From positions 1 through 29,571 of the forward strand of contig JARGGF010000001.1 in NCBI GenBank assembly GCA_029210905.1: a stretch of 29,571 nucleotides of DNA. Direction: 5' to 3'. Position 1 is the first letter of the stretch. Each line of letters opens with the position of its first letter. The DNA comes from Bacteroidales bacterium. GTDB taxonomy: Bacteria > Bacteroidota > Bacteroidia > Bacteroidales > NBLH01. Shown here piece by piece: positions 9,448-18,328 of this stretch. The notes under the pieces were generated by a model. It ran no database searches. It saw only the letters and a program-made list of their open reading frames with translations, and was not told the origin of the DNA. The translations under genes were made by a program, and so were the position numbers.

Positions 9448-9968
9448 TTGTTTATTTCCGGCCTGATTAAAGTATCGGGCTGGAATTTATATTTCAATAC
9501 CTCATTACCCAGGGGCAAACTATCTTTTACAAACAGATCTTCTGTAATTAATTCGCCTGGAACATCCAAAATGTAGATATTGTTATACCCTATCTGGCTT
9601 AAAATGGTCCAGGTTTTAGTTGTTTTAGCCAGGTTTTCGGAATAAAAAACATAATAGACACCAGACTTATTTTGCTCAATATCAGCGTTTTTAAACAATG
9701 CAACCGGCTCAATGTTTATAGCGCCATCCAGGTGCTCTGACTCATACTCACCTTTACTCCTTAAATCTATCAATACAAAATTTTCTTTTGAATATTTTTT
9801 GTGTTTGTAGTCTTCAACCGATAGAATATGCTTTTGCTCAAGACTTATTTGATGTACGTCCTTTGCACTCAATTCAAAACTATCTTTATCCAATGATTTG
9901 ATTATTAACAATATCAGTATAATAATCACAGGTGCTATAATTAGAAATAGGCCTTTTTTTAGTTTCAT
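9444..9968 (-). CDS. Membrane-anchored rhodanese-like protein lacking the catalytic Cys
   Basis: N-terminal TM; LIDLRSKGEYESEHLDGAINI; the loop position reads VFYSENL. The translated protein contains no Cys at all. Confidence 0.8.
   Translation of the reverse strand: MKLKKGLFLIIAPVIIILILLIIKSLDKDSFELSAKDVHQISLEQKHILSVEDYKHKKYSKENFVLIDLRSKGEYESEHLDGAINIEPVALFKNADIEQNKSGVYYVFYSENLAKTTKTWTILSQIGYNNIYILDVPGELITEDLFVKDSLPLGNEVLKYKFQPDTLIRPEINN
9456..9494 (+). terminator. Intrinsic terminator for the rhodanese lipoprotein gene, lying within the convergent CDS
   Basis: ttccggcctgat-taaagt-atcgggctggaa gives a 12-bp stem with 2 G-U pairs only on the + RNA, followed by tttatattt. Confidence 0.6.
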
Positions 9969-10051
9969 AATAAATATATTTCAAATCGTTCCTTGTAAAG
10001 ACGCTAAGCTCAAGTTATTGAAGTCATACAATTTCGTTTAGAAAGAATAAA

Positions 10052-10086
10052 ATCTGTGACAATCTGTTCTATCCGCGTTATCTGTG
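10052..10086. repeat. ATCTGTG/ATCCGCG ~10-bp-period repeat
   Basis: atctgtg 10052, atctgtt 10062, atccgcg 10071, atctgtg 10080, immediately after the stop of the 10093-10704 gene. Confidence 0.55.
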
Positions 10087-10092
10087 TTCCAT

Positions 10093-10704
10093 TTATTCAC
10101 AACCCCCATCCAACTTCATCTCCTTCTTCCGTTTAGCTTCCACAAATTTTACTTTCAGACTGTCAGGTAAACTATTTATTTCAGTAAATAATTTCCTGGC
10201 TTTAAATCGGGTTTCGAAAAGTGCATTTTCACGGGCAGAGATTCTTTCGCCACTGAAATTGCTGTTCATCACAGTGTTGTACCATTCATTCATACCGCCT
10301 TGCATCACAAAATTATTTTTGTAGCCCATTCTGCTGCATAAAGTCCAGGCCTGTGTGGCCAGGATATCACCATTCGAATAAAAAATATTTTTAACTTTGT
10401 GCTGATCCAGATAACCACCAAAATCCCTGTGCAACAAATCTTTATAAGGTATATTTATTGAGCCCGGAATATTAAACGCTTTATATTCTTGTGGAGTGCG
10501 AAGATCTATAATTAAAACTGAAGAATCTTCATCCACTACATATCGGGCAACCTTATCTACATAAAACATATATTGCTCATCCATAGCCTTTTCCAGCAGT
10601 TCATCTGGTTTTAACTGATTGGCTTTATTCTGCTTAAAAGGCACAAAGGCAGTAATAAGGCCAAGTCCTACTAATAATATTGATATTTTTATTCTTGGAC
10701 TCAT
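10093..10704 (-). CDS. Exported/anchored rhodanese-like protein, Cys-less catalytic loop, C-terminal GGCE tail
   Basis: N-terminal hydrophobic segment; IIDLRTPQEYKAFNIPGSINIP; loop IFYSNGD; ends KKEMKLDGGCE*. Confidence 0.82.
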   Translation of the reverse strand: MSPRIKISILLVGLGLITAFVPFKQNKANQLKPDELLEKAMDEQYMFYVDKVARYVVDEDSSVLIIDLRTPQEYKAFNIPGSINIPYKDLLHRDFGGYLDQHKVKNIFYSNGDILATQAWTLCSRMGYKNNFVMQGGMNEWYNTVMNSNFSGERISARENALFETRFKARKLFTEINSLPDSLKVKFVEAKRKKEMKLDGGCE

Positions 10705-10709
10705 ATTTT

Positions 10710-10792
10710 GAATATTATCTATATTCTACGTTAAAATCTAATATCTTATTTCTCACATCTAAAATCTAACTACTCCCATCTAAAATCTCAAG
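10710..10792. repeat. TCTAAAA/TCTAATA heptamer-type intergenic repeat
   Basis: aaaatctaatatct...catctaaaatctaac...catctaaaatctca; the same family occurs at 14521-14560. Confidence 0.6.
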
Positions 10793-10794
10793 TA

Positions 10795-11397
10795 CTAAAA
10801 ATCATTCGTAATATCCGGTCTTGGAAATTTCTTTTCAGCTTTTTCGGCCAACCAGAACATAACTACAGCTGCAATAATCAACAGCAATGCAAAAACGCCC
10901 GGTGAAAGTCCCATCCACTCATTAATTTTAACAGGCCCTTCATAATAATCTGTGGCAAAAGCCGCAATATAAGGATAGCTTTCAGCAAAAAGGAAGGCAC
11001 CAAAAAAACCGCCAATCAAAAAGAATATAGCGTCAATTTTGCCTATTGAAAGCGCACAAATTCCGGTTCCGGGACAAAATCCACCCATGATAAAACCCGC
11101 TCCCATAATCACGCCCCCAACAATGGCAGCACCTACATAATAATTGTTGACAAACACCAAATCAAGATCAATCATTCCAAAGTAATTCATTAATAATGAA
11201 CCCACTAAGGCAAATATTGAAGCCGTAAAAAATACCTTAAGCACCGTGGTATCGTAACCATAAAACATCCCTGCAAGTTTCCTGCTCGAGGAAAAACCGG
11301 CCTGCTCCAACGCAAAACCAAAGGCAATTCCTATTAAAAAAGCTGCTAATAAGCTCAGCCAAAGTGGAGTATCTGATGATATCAATATAGGTCCCAT
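10795..11397 (-). CDS. yeeE: YeeE/YedE-family sulfur transporter, half-size subunit B
   Basis: Start refined to the ATG at 11397. GIAFGFALEQAGF, DTTVLKVFFTA and GFIMGGFCPGT conserved motifs; multi-TM. Confidence 0.88.
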   Translation of the reverse strand: MGPILISSDTPLWLSLLAAFLIGIAFGFALEQAGFSSSRKLAGMFYGYDTTVLKVFFTASIFALVGSLLMNYFGMIDLDLVFVNNYYVGAAIVGGVIMGAGFIMGGFCPGTGICALSIGKIDAIFFLIGGFFGAFLFAESYPYIAAFATDYYEGPVKINEWMGLSPGVFALLLIIAAVVMFWLAEKAEKKFPRPDITNDF

Positions 11398-11414
11398 TAT
11401 TTTGTATTTATTGA

Positions 11415-11460
11415 TTAACTTAAGGCACTTCAAACTCAAGCGCACTTTAAGTACTCTTAA
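11415..11460. repeat. AGTGCCT/AGTACTT repeat family (reverse orientation)
   Basis: Reverse complement ttaagagtacttaaagtgcgcttgagtttgaagtgccttaagttaa resembles the copies at 13653 and 22826. Confidence 0.6.
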
Positions 11461-11973
11461 TTATATCCAGTTCTTTCTAAAAAACCATGCAAAAGCATAG
11501 GCCGAACCAAAAATGGCCACCATGGTTACAAATCCAGCTGTTGAAAGCACTGCCATTCCAGACAAAGCTGCCCCGCTCGTACATCCACGGGCTAATTGTG
11601 CGCCATAAACAAAAAATAGCCCACCCAGGAATGCAAACAATAAGCGCCTACTCGAAGAGATGTTTGGCGACCGCTCAATTTTAAATTTCAAGCGCCCCGA
11701 AATGGCCCCGGAAATAAATCCACCCACAAGCAAACCAACTACTTCAAATACCAACCAGCTTTTTAGTGGATTTCGCTCTTTTTCAACATATTGACTGTAG
11801 TAAGGTGAGTTTTCGGCATGCTCAGGGCTAATGGCTTTTACTGCCGAAACCATAGCATATTTAACACCTCCGCTAGCCCCCAGCCCCCGTCCGGAAAAAT
11901 ACATCGCAGCCAGCAAAGCTGATCCCAAAATGCATCCGGCAAGGTAGGGATTCATATATGGTTTTTTCTTCAT
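11461..11973 (-). CDS. yeeE: YeeE/YedE-family sulfur transporter, half-size subunit A
   Basis: NPYLAG...GLGASGG, W...G...GGFISG and GAQLARGCTSGAALSG conserved motifs. Confidence 0.88.
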   Translation of the reverse strand: MKKKPYMNPYLAGCILGSALLAAMYFSGRGLGASGGVKYAMVSAVKAISPEHAENSPYYSQYVEKERNPLKSWLVFEVVGLLVGGFISGAISGRLKFKIERSPNISSSRRLLFAFLGGLFFVYGAQLARGCTSGAALSGMAVLSTAGFVTMVAIFGSAYAFAWFFRKNWI

Positions 11974-12077
11974 AAGTTACCGTTTATTAAAGCAGCTAAG
12001 TTAATAAACCGCTGGCATTTTTTGTGTTATGGGGATGTTAAATTAAAACTGCTAAAATTGTAATTATAAAAATTGAC

Positions 12078-13496
12078 TTATCTGCTCATTTGGGCTTTTA
12101 TTTCTTCCGGTTTTCTTTTCGAATTATCAATCACATCCATCTTATCCAAAAGATAAATAAAAGTTGCCAATGCTGCACTTCCTGATTGCAGGTTCGTTTT
12201 ATCAACCGATTCAAAAACATCGTTTGCCGAATGATGATAATCGAAATAATGAACATCCTCGCAAAGCAAATGGCCTAAAATAATTTTATTTTTTTGATAA
12301 AGCGGCCAGCTCTCAGCGTATGAATTTGAAAAACGCAGCATATCAATTTGATAAGGTTCTAATAATTTTCTCCATTTAACCTGCTTAGTAAACACCGAAC
12401 TATCAGCCTGAATACTAAAACCATAAGGGACTCCGATACCGTTATCAACCTCTATTTCAATCAGATGGGTTTGTTTATCATCGGCAATTGAGGCGGCATA
12501 TTGCACAATTCCAGAATTAAATTGCTCTTCATCAATATAAGGCATAATTCTGATGGTATGTTTTGGCCTGATTTTTAGTTCTTTAAAAATGCGAATTACA
12601 TCAATAATCTGTGCCACGCCTCCCCCATCGTCATTTGCGCCTTCTGTATTAAACCATGCGTCCAGATGCCCTGTTAACAGAAAAATATCATTAGGATATT
12701 TACTCCCTTTGATTTCTCCCACCACATTATTAGTATTAATAAGACCCGGATTATCGCAAAAAACCTCCAAATGAACTTTTAAATCAGGATTTTTTTGCAG
12801 GTTAATTTCGAATGAATCAGCAGCTTGCCATGAAAGTGCTACTGCGGGTATTTGTTTTGTATTATCTGCATAACGCATCACTCCTGTATGTGGAACATCG
12901 TCATATTTTGTGGTCAGGGATCTGATGATTACTCCAATTGCCCCATATTCTGCTACCAATGAAGAGCCCTGCACCCGTTGCCAAACCATTTTTCCATAAT
13001 CTCTTCTTTCCTGCATCTTTAGATTGAAAAAAACGATTTTCCCTTTCAATCCCGCTTCACCCAATGAATCTATCTGCGATTTATTGTCAATCATAACAAC
13101 CTGAGCATCAATTCCTTTTTCAGCGGAAGAAACAGATTGCCCCAGACTAACTGCATTTAAATTGATGTACTTATCATCTCCTAATATTAACTGAACAATT
13201 GGTTTTTTAACTTCTTTCCATCCACTTGATATTACGGGAATTAACCAAACTGAATCTGCTCCGTTTTGTATTAAAGTTTCTTTTACCAGTTCAATGGCCT
13301 TTTCCAATTCATGTGTGCCAGGGAGCCTTCCCGGAGCTTCTTTACATATTCTCCTGAGCATTTCGTAGGATTTATCTGAATGCTGGGAATTGTTATATAT
13401 AGATTTGATTACTTTTTCCGGGTTTTTCTGTGCTTTACAAACAGGAAAATATGATCCCAGTATTGAAAGGACAATTAGTATACTAAATTTTCTCAT
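12078..13496 (-). CDS. Secreted M28-family metallopeptidase (carboxypeptidase Q-like) with PA domain
   Basis: Signal peptide; GRLPGT; PA insert; GHLDAW, GANDDGGG, DEEQ, DNG and YHHSANDVF metal-binding motifs. Confidence 0.88.
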   Translation of the reverse strand: MRKFSILIVLSILGSYFPVCKAQKNPEKVIKSIYNNSQHSDKSYEMLRRICKEAPGRLPGTHELEKAIELVKETLIQNGADSVWLIPVISSGWKEVKKPIVQLILGDDKYINLNAVSLGQSVSSAEKGIDAQVVMIDNKSQIDSLGEAGLKGKIVFFNLKMQERRDYGKMVWQRVQGSSLVAEYGAIGVIIRSLTTKYDDVPHTGVMRYADNTKQIPAVALSWQAADSFEINLQKNPDLKVHLEVFCDNPGLINTNNVVGEIKGSKYPNDIFLLTGHLDAWFNTEGANDDGGGVAQIIDVIRIFKELKIRPKHTIRIMPYIDEEQFNSGIVQYAASIADDKQTHLIEIEVDNGIGVPYGFSIQADSSVFTKQVKWRKLLEPYQIDMLRFSNSYAESWPLYQKNKIILGHLLCEDVHYFDYHHSANDVFESVDKTNLQSGSAALATFIYLLDKMDVIDNSKRKPEEIKAQMSR

Positions 13497-13507
13497 GTTT
13501 TTTTTCT

Positions 13508-13515
13508 CAAAAATA
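13508..13515 (-). promoter_or_regulatory. -7 promoter element (TATTTTTG) for the M28 peptidase
   Basis: + strand CAAAAATA 12 nt upstream of the ATG at 13496. Confidence 0.4.
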
Positions 13516-13576
13516 GATAAATATGCAGATAATCTACTGTAGCCATTTAAAAAAATGCTCTTTTAAACCTTGCTTC

Positions 13577-13608
13577 AAAAAAAGAGGCCGACACATCTGC
13601 CGACCTCT
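13577..13608 (-). terminator. Rho-independent terminator downstream of flavodoxin
   Basis: - strand RNA AGAGGUCGGCA-GAUG-UGUCGGCCUCU-UUUUUU: 11-bp stem with 2 G-U pairs plus a U tract. Confidence 0.8.
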
Positions 13609-13652
13609 CCCAAAATGAAAGTCTGAAAAAAACACAAATCATAGAAAATATG

Positions 13653-13688
13653 AAGTGCCTTGAGTACTTAGAGTGCCTAAAGTACTTA
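13653..13688. repeat. AGTGCCT/AGTACTT repeat family
   Basis: aagtgccttgagtacttagagtgcctaaagtactta, period about 9-10. Confidence 0.6.
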
Positions 13689-13738
13689 TAAGAGTATGTT
13701 TAACTCAATGCTGTTTAGTTAACAAAGCGTATTATTGC

Positions 13739-13775
13739 AATAAACAAATAAACGAATGCACCAATAAACAATAAA
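13739..13775. repeat. AATAAAC short-period intergenic repeat, copy 2
   Basis: aataaacaaataaacgaatgcaccaataaacaataaa, abutting the flavodoxin stop codon. Confidence 0.55.
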
Positions 13776-13777
13776 AA

Positions 13778-14284
13778 TTATCCGAATTTCTTTTTAATCT
13801 CTTTTACCCAGGTTTTTACTCGTTCATCTGTTAAATCATCCTGATTTTCAGCATCTAACATTAAACCAACGAATTTATTGTTTCTTACGCCTCTGGAATT
13901 TTCATAGGTATAGCCTTTTGTTGAAGTTTCACCTATCACTTTAGCGCCTTGCTTTTCAAGTATATTTGTCATAATTCCGATGGCATCACCAAAATTTTCA
14001 GGATACCCTTTCTGGTCACCCAGACCAAAAATGGCGAAGGTTTTGCCCTTTAAATTCATGTCTTCAATGGCAGGTACAAATTCATCCCAATAATTAGGCA
14101 ATTCCCCGTCGAACCAGGTAGGTACTGAAAGTATTAAATTATCATAAGCAAGAAACTGATCTTCAGTCAGTTCCTCTGCATTTAAAGTATCAATTTCCGA
14201 TTTGCCAAAAGCATCTTTCACCTTTTCGGCTACTTTTGCTGAGTTTTTTGTGTTAAAACTGTAAATTACTGCTGTTTTGTTCAT
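13778..14284 (-). CDS. fldA: Long-chain flavodoxin
   Basis: VIYSFNTKNS (variant FMN loop), SVPTWFDGELP, AIFGLGDQKGYPENF, FVGLMLDAENQ. Confidence 0.93.
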   Translation of the reverse strand: MNKTAVIYSFNTKNSAKVAEKVKDAFGKSEIDTLNAEELTEDQFLAYDNLILSVPTWFDGELPNYWDEFVPAIEDMNLKGKTFAIFGLGDQKGYPENFGDAIGIMTNILEKQGAKVIGETSTKGYTYENSRGVRNNKFVGLMLDAENQDDLTDERVKTWVKEIKKKFG

Positions 14285-14443
14285 TTGATTCTATTCTCAA
14301 TTATACCTAAATCACTGAATTATAATTAATTAGCTGATAAAAATCAATCGTTAAGGATCTATTTTAGAGCAGCTCAAAAGGCCCGAAAAAAGCAATTCTT
14401 TTCAACTTGATTTCTGTACGCGGGCCATATTAATTTGCATATC

Positions 14444-14493
14444 AACCTGGGGCTCCACCCCTGGCTTTTATCTATCGCCCTTTCAGGGCTAAA
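14444..14493. repeat. REP-like GC-rich double-hairpin element
   Basis: - strand: agccctgaaagggcga-tagataaa-agccaggggtggagccccagg. Two short hairpins, the architecture I associate with REP elements next to IS200-like/RAYT transposases; no transposase in the window. Confidence 0.5.
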
Positions 14494-14520
14494 TGTTTAA
14501 AACTGAGTGTTTCTTTTCTC

Positions 14521-14560
14521 AATTCTAAATTCTAATATCTAAATTCTAATATCTAACTTC
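14521..14560. repeat. TCTAAAT/TCTAATA heptamer tandem repeat
   Basis: aattctaaattctaatatctaaattctaatatctaacttc, immediately after the E1 stop codon. Confidence 0.7.
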
Positions 14561-16677
14561 TAATACTGTAACAATTCCGCCGCTGCCTTATATATCCTTT
14601 CTTCATCTGGTAGAATGGCTTTTTCCAAAATTCTGTTAAAACCAACAGGTGTAAAAGTAGAACCAACCCTCCTAACAGGTCCATCAAGATATTCAAAGGC
14701 TTTTTCGTTAATCATGGAAGCCACTTCGCCTCCAAAACCACCAAATACTTTGTCTTCATGAACAATCAAAGCTTTTCCGGTTTTTTTCAACGATTCAATA
14801 ATCCCTTCTTCATCCAAAGGTATAAGCGATCTTAAATCAATCACTTCTATACTATAATCAGGGAATTCTTTTTCAAGTTTTTCCGCCACATTAATACACA
14901 TATGTGTAGTATTTCCGTAGGTAATGATTGTCAGGTCTTTACCTTCTTTTCTTACCCGTAATTTTCCAAAAGGTACTTCAAAATCCTCAGGTACATTTGC
15001 TGCTGCAATGGGTGAATTATAAAGCGATTTGGGTTCCATAAAGATGGTTGGCCCTTGTGATCGCATGGCTGTTCTAAGTAAACCTGCGGCATCATCGGCA
15101 TAGGAAGGATATACCACTCTTATGCCCGGAAAAGTGGTTAATGCACCTTCAATATTCTGTGAATGGTATAAGCCACCGCCAATATAACCTCCTGATGCTA
15201 AGCGTACTACTACATTTGGGCTAAATTGTCCCTTTGATCGCCAGTAATCATGAGTAAGTTCAACAAACTGCTCCATAGCAGGCCAAAAATAATCAGCAAA
15301 TTCAGCCCCTTCCACTACAATCCGTATTTTATCATCAAAACGGCTCATTCCATTGGCGGTTCCCAGTATATAATCCTCAGCAATTGGTCCGTTAAAAACC
15401 CGGGTTTCGCCAAACTCCTGTTGCATGCCTTTTGAAACATTAAAAATACCGCCTTTATCCTTATTGGCCATGTCCTGACCCCAAATAAAAGTGTCAGGGT
15501 TTTTTCTGAACTCTTCTTTTAAGGTCTGATTTAAAGCTTCAACCAACTTTAGTTTTTCACCAGAACCATCGGGTAAACCATCTTTAAATTTTTTAGGTTC
15601 GTAAGCAGGTGGTAATACAAAATCATAAATACTTTCAGGATCCGGATCTGGCGCAGCCAATGCAGTCCTATGCGCCTTTTTTACAATTTCTTTGGTCTCT
15701 GCCTCAATGGCCTGCAATTCTTCTTCAGTAAATCGTTTATAGCGCGTCAGTAACCTTCTGAACTTACCAAGCGGATCATATTCTTTAACGTAATTGAGCT
15801 CATAATCATCACGATACAATTCATGCCTGTCAGAATTTGAGTGAGAATGAATTCTGATACAATTAGCATGAACAATACAGGGTTTTTGATTTTCAATGAC
15901 CCATTGCTTAGCCTCTTCCATTGCATTCATTGAATCAAACAAGTCTTTTCCGTTGGTGTGGATAATACGCAGGTTTTTAAGTCCTGTGAAATTATCCGCT
16001 ACTTTTCGGTTGGCAGTTTGATCTTTTTTAGGCACTGAAATACCATAACCATTGTCCTGAAAAACAAAAATAACGGGCAACTGTTCGTTGGATGCTCCGT
16101 TAATTGCCTCATATACATAGCCTTCCGAGACCGACGATTCACCTTGCGAACTGATCGAAACTCCTTTATGATTGTAAACTTTCATGGCACGCCCTACTCC
16201 AACTGCGTGCAAAGTATGATTACCAGTTGCCGACGAAACGTTATGGATATTCCATTCAGGCTTTGCAAAATGATTAGACATATGCCTTCCACCTCCAGCA
16301 ACATCAGTATCTTTTGAAATTCCATTAAATATTATTTCTTCAGGTGTAAGTCCTGCCGATAATGCAGTCATCATGTCCCTGTAATAGGGGAAAAGATGAT
16401 CTGTGTCCTTGTTAAATACCTGACCAATAGCAAGTTGAATTCCATCGTGACCTGCGTAGGGTGCATGGTACGACCAGCCAATGGCTTGTTTAAGGTAATT
16501 CGGAGCGCGGTCATCCAATGCCCTGCCCAGTACCATTAAACGAAACCATTTTTCAAGTGTTTGTTTATCAGTTGTTTTTATCGAATATTTCTTTTTAACT
16601 TCCAATTCTTCTGAATTAATTTCTATGTCCTGATTTTCTTCAGCTTTTTGTTTTTTTTCTAATATTGTATTTTCCAT
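14560..16677 (-). CDS. 2-oxoacid (probably branched-chain/2-oxoisovalerate) dehydrogenase E1, fused alpha+beta
   Basis: TPP-binding GESSVSEG...DNGYGIS, HSNSD, beta-domain GQD...GGIF, PIAE, HSQ and VHED motifs in a single 705 aa chain. Substrate is inferred from the Bacteroides-type E2-E1-flavodoxin arrangement. Confidence 0.93.
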   Translation of the reverse strand: MENTILEKKQKAEENQDIEINSEELEVKKKYSIKTTDKQTLEKWFRLMVLGRALDDRAPNYLKQAIGWSYHAPYAGHDGIQLAIGQVFNKDTDHLFPYYRDMMTALSAGLTPEEIIFNGISKDTDVAGGGRHMSNHFAKPEWNIHNVSSATGNHTLHAVGVGRAMKVYNHKGVSISSQGESSVSEGYVYEAINGASNEQLPVIFVFQDNGYGISVPKKDQTANRKVADNFTGLKNLRIIHTNGKDLFDSMNAMEEAKQWVIENQKPCIVHANCIRIHSHSNSDRHELYRDDYELNYVKEYDPLGKFRRLLTRYKRFTEEELQAIEAETKEIVKKAHRTALAAPDPDPESIYDFVLPPAYEPKKFKDGLPDGSGEKLKLVEALNQTLKEEFRKNPDTFIWGQDMANKDKGGIFNVSKGMQQEFGETRVFNGPIAEDYILGTANGMSRFDDKIRIVVEGAEFADYFWPAMEQFVELTHDYWRSKGQFSPNVVVRLASGGYIGGGLYHSQNIEGALTTFPGIRVVYPSYADDAAGLLRTAMRSQGPTIFMEPKSLYNSPIAAANVPEDFEVPFGKLRVRKEGKDLTIITYGNTTHMCINVAEKLEKEFPDYSIEVIDLRSLIPLDEEGIIESLKKTGKALIVHEDKVFGGFGGEVASMINEKAFEYLDGPVRRVGSTFTPVGFNRILEKAILPDEERIYKAAAELLQY

Positions 16678-16733
16678 GATATTAAAATTTTCAGTACTTT
16701 CAATTGATTTTATGCATTTTGGCCAGCCAAGAA

Positions 16734-18041
16734 CTAAATATCTGAATTCTTGTCAAATGCTTCAATATAATCTGCTACTTTACGTAAAAATGCACCACCC
16801 AGGGCACCATCAACCACTCGATGGTCATAGGTAAGTGATAAGAACATTTTATGGCGAACTGCAATCACATCTCCGGCCTCAGTTTCAACAACAGCTGGTT
16901 TCTTTTCAACGGTTCCTACTGCCATAATAGCTACTTCGGGCTGATTGATAATAGGTGTCCCCATTACATTTTTAAACGACCCAAAATTAGAAACTGAGAA
17001 AGTTCCACCAGAAACATCATCAGGACCCAATTTGTTATTGCGTGCTGCGTTTGCCAGTCGGTTTAATTCTTTGGTCATGCCTAAAACATTCAACCTGTCA
17101 GCATTTTTTATCACCGGAACTATTAAGTTTCCATTGTCCAGGGCAACCGCAATACCCAGATTTATATTTTTACGTAAAATAATGTTATTGCCATCAACCG
17201 ATGCATTTACACCAGGAAAATCCTTCAATGCTTTTGCCATTGCTACAAGGAATACGGGCAAGAAACTAATCTTTTCTTTTTCCCTTGCATAGAAAGTGTC
17301 TTTAATTTTATTGCGCCACTCAACCACATTGGTTACATCAGCCTCAACCATAGATGTTACGTGGGGAGCAACGTGTTTTGAGGTGACCATTCGCTCAGCT
17401 ATCATCCGGCGCATACGGCTCATTTCAACTATCTCATCCTCAGCGCCTACTGATACGCTTACTTTATGTATTTGCTGAGTTTGCTGTATTTGTTCTTTTG
17501 GCTTTTCAACTTGTTGATTTGAAGATTTTCCGTTTGATCCGCCATTAGATTTTCTATTGTCAATAAACTCAATAATATCATGTTTGGTCACTCTGTTATT
17601 TGTGCCACTTCCAGATATAGCTTCAAGTTCTTCAAGGCTTACATTTTCCTGTTGGGCTATACTTTTTACCAATGGTGAATAAAAGCGGCTTCCTTCCTTG
17701 TTGGCTTCTTTCAAAGATGAATTTCCATTGTTTGAAACCTTTACTTGTTCAATTTGTGATTCTTCAACTTTTTCTTCCTTTTCTTCATCATCTGCCGATC
17801 CTTCAAGTGCAATGTGGGCAATTATTTTACCCACTTCAACCAGGTCGTTTTCGGCAAATAATATTTTATTTATTACACCAGCAACTGGCGATGGAATTTC
17901 AGAATCGACCTTATCTGTGGCAATCTCTAAAATAGGATCGTCTTCTTCCACAGTATCGCCTTCTTTTACAAACCATTTGGTAATAGTGGCTTCTTGCACA
18001 CTTTCACCCAGCTTAGGCATTATTAAATCAAATTTTGACAT
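16734..18041 (-). CDS. Dihydrolipoamide acyltransferase (E2) of the 2-oxoacid dehydrogenase
   Basis: Start refined to the ATG at 18041 (MSKFDLIMPKLGES). Lipoyl motif ATDKVDSE, E3-binding domain (FYSPLV...GSG...RVTK), catalytic YDHRVVDG. Confidence 0.95.
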   Translation of the reverse strand: MSKFDLIMPKLGESVQEATITKWFVKEGDTVEEDDPILEIATDKVDSEIPSPVAGVINKILFAENDLVEVGKIIAHIALEGSADDEEKEEKVEESQIEQVKVSNNGNSSLKEANKEGSRFYSPLVKSIAQQENVSLEELEAISGSGTNNRVTKHDIIEFIDNRKSNGGSNGKSSNQQVEKPKEQIQQTQQIHKVSVSVGAEDEIVEMSRMRRMIAERMVTSKHVAPHVTSMVEADVTNVVEWRNKIKDTFYAREKEKISFLPVFLVAMAKALKDFPGVNASVDGNNIILRKNINLGIAVALDNGNLIVPVIKNADRLNVLGMTKELNRLANAARNNKLGPDDVSGGTFSVSNFGSFKNVMGTPIINQPEVAIMAVGTVEKKPAVVETEAGDVIAVRHKMFLSLTYDHRVVDGALGGAFLRKVADYIEAFDKNSDI

Positions 18042-18230
18042 TATTTTTGTGTATTTAATTTTACTTTCATTTCTATATTTCATTCAGTCAGTTACAAAAA
18101 ACTAACTAACATGCTCATTTAAAACCGAATAGGGTTTATTTAAATGTTTTTCTTTAGCAACAAATAAGAAGCTTATTTAGAATAAACAAAATAAATAAAA
18201 GATTTTCAGACTTCTTTATCTTTTATTGCG

Positions 18231-18238
18231 CAAAGATA
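18231..18238 (-). promoter_or_regulatory. -7 promoter element (TATCTTTG) for the E2-E1-flavodoxin operon
   Basis: + strand CAAAGATA in the AT-rich divergent intergenic region, about 190 nt upstream of the E2 ATG. Confidence 0.55.
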
Positions 18239-18328
18239 AGGAAAGAATTTTATTTAGACTAGTTCTAAATAGTGAAATTATATAAATTTAACTTATTAGC
18301 TTATAGATAAAAATGATATTGATAGGAA

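Noticed and set aside
8416-11973. Selenocysteine (UGA) recoding in the rhodanese/YeeE genes
   Set aside because: The ORFs are continuous, the Cys-motif positions are either Cys or ordinary residues, and the stops checked are TAA/TAG.
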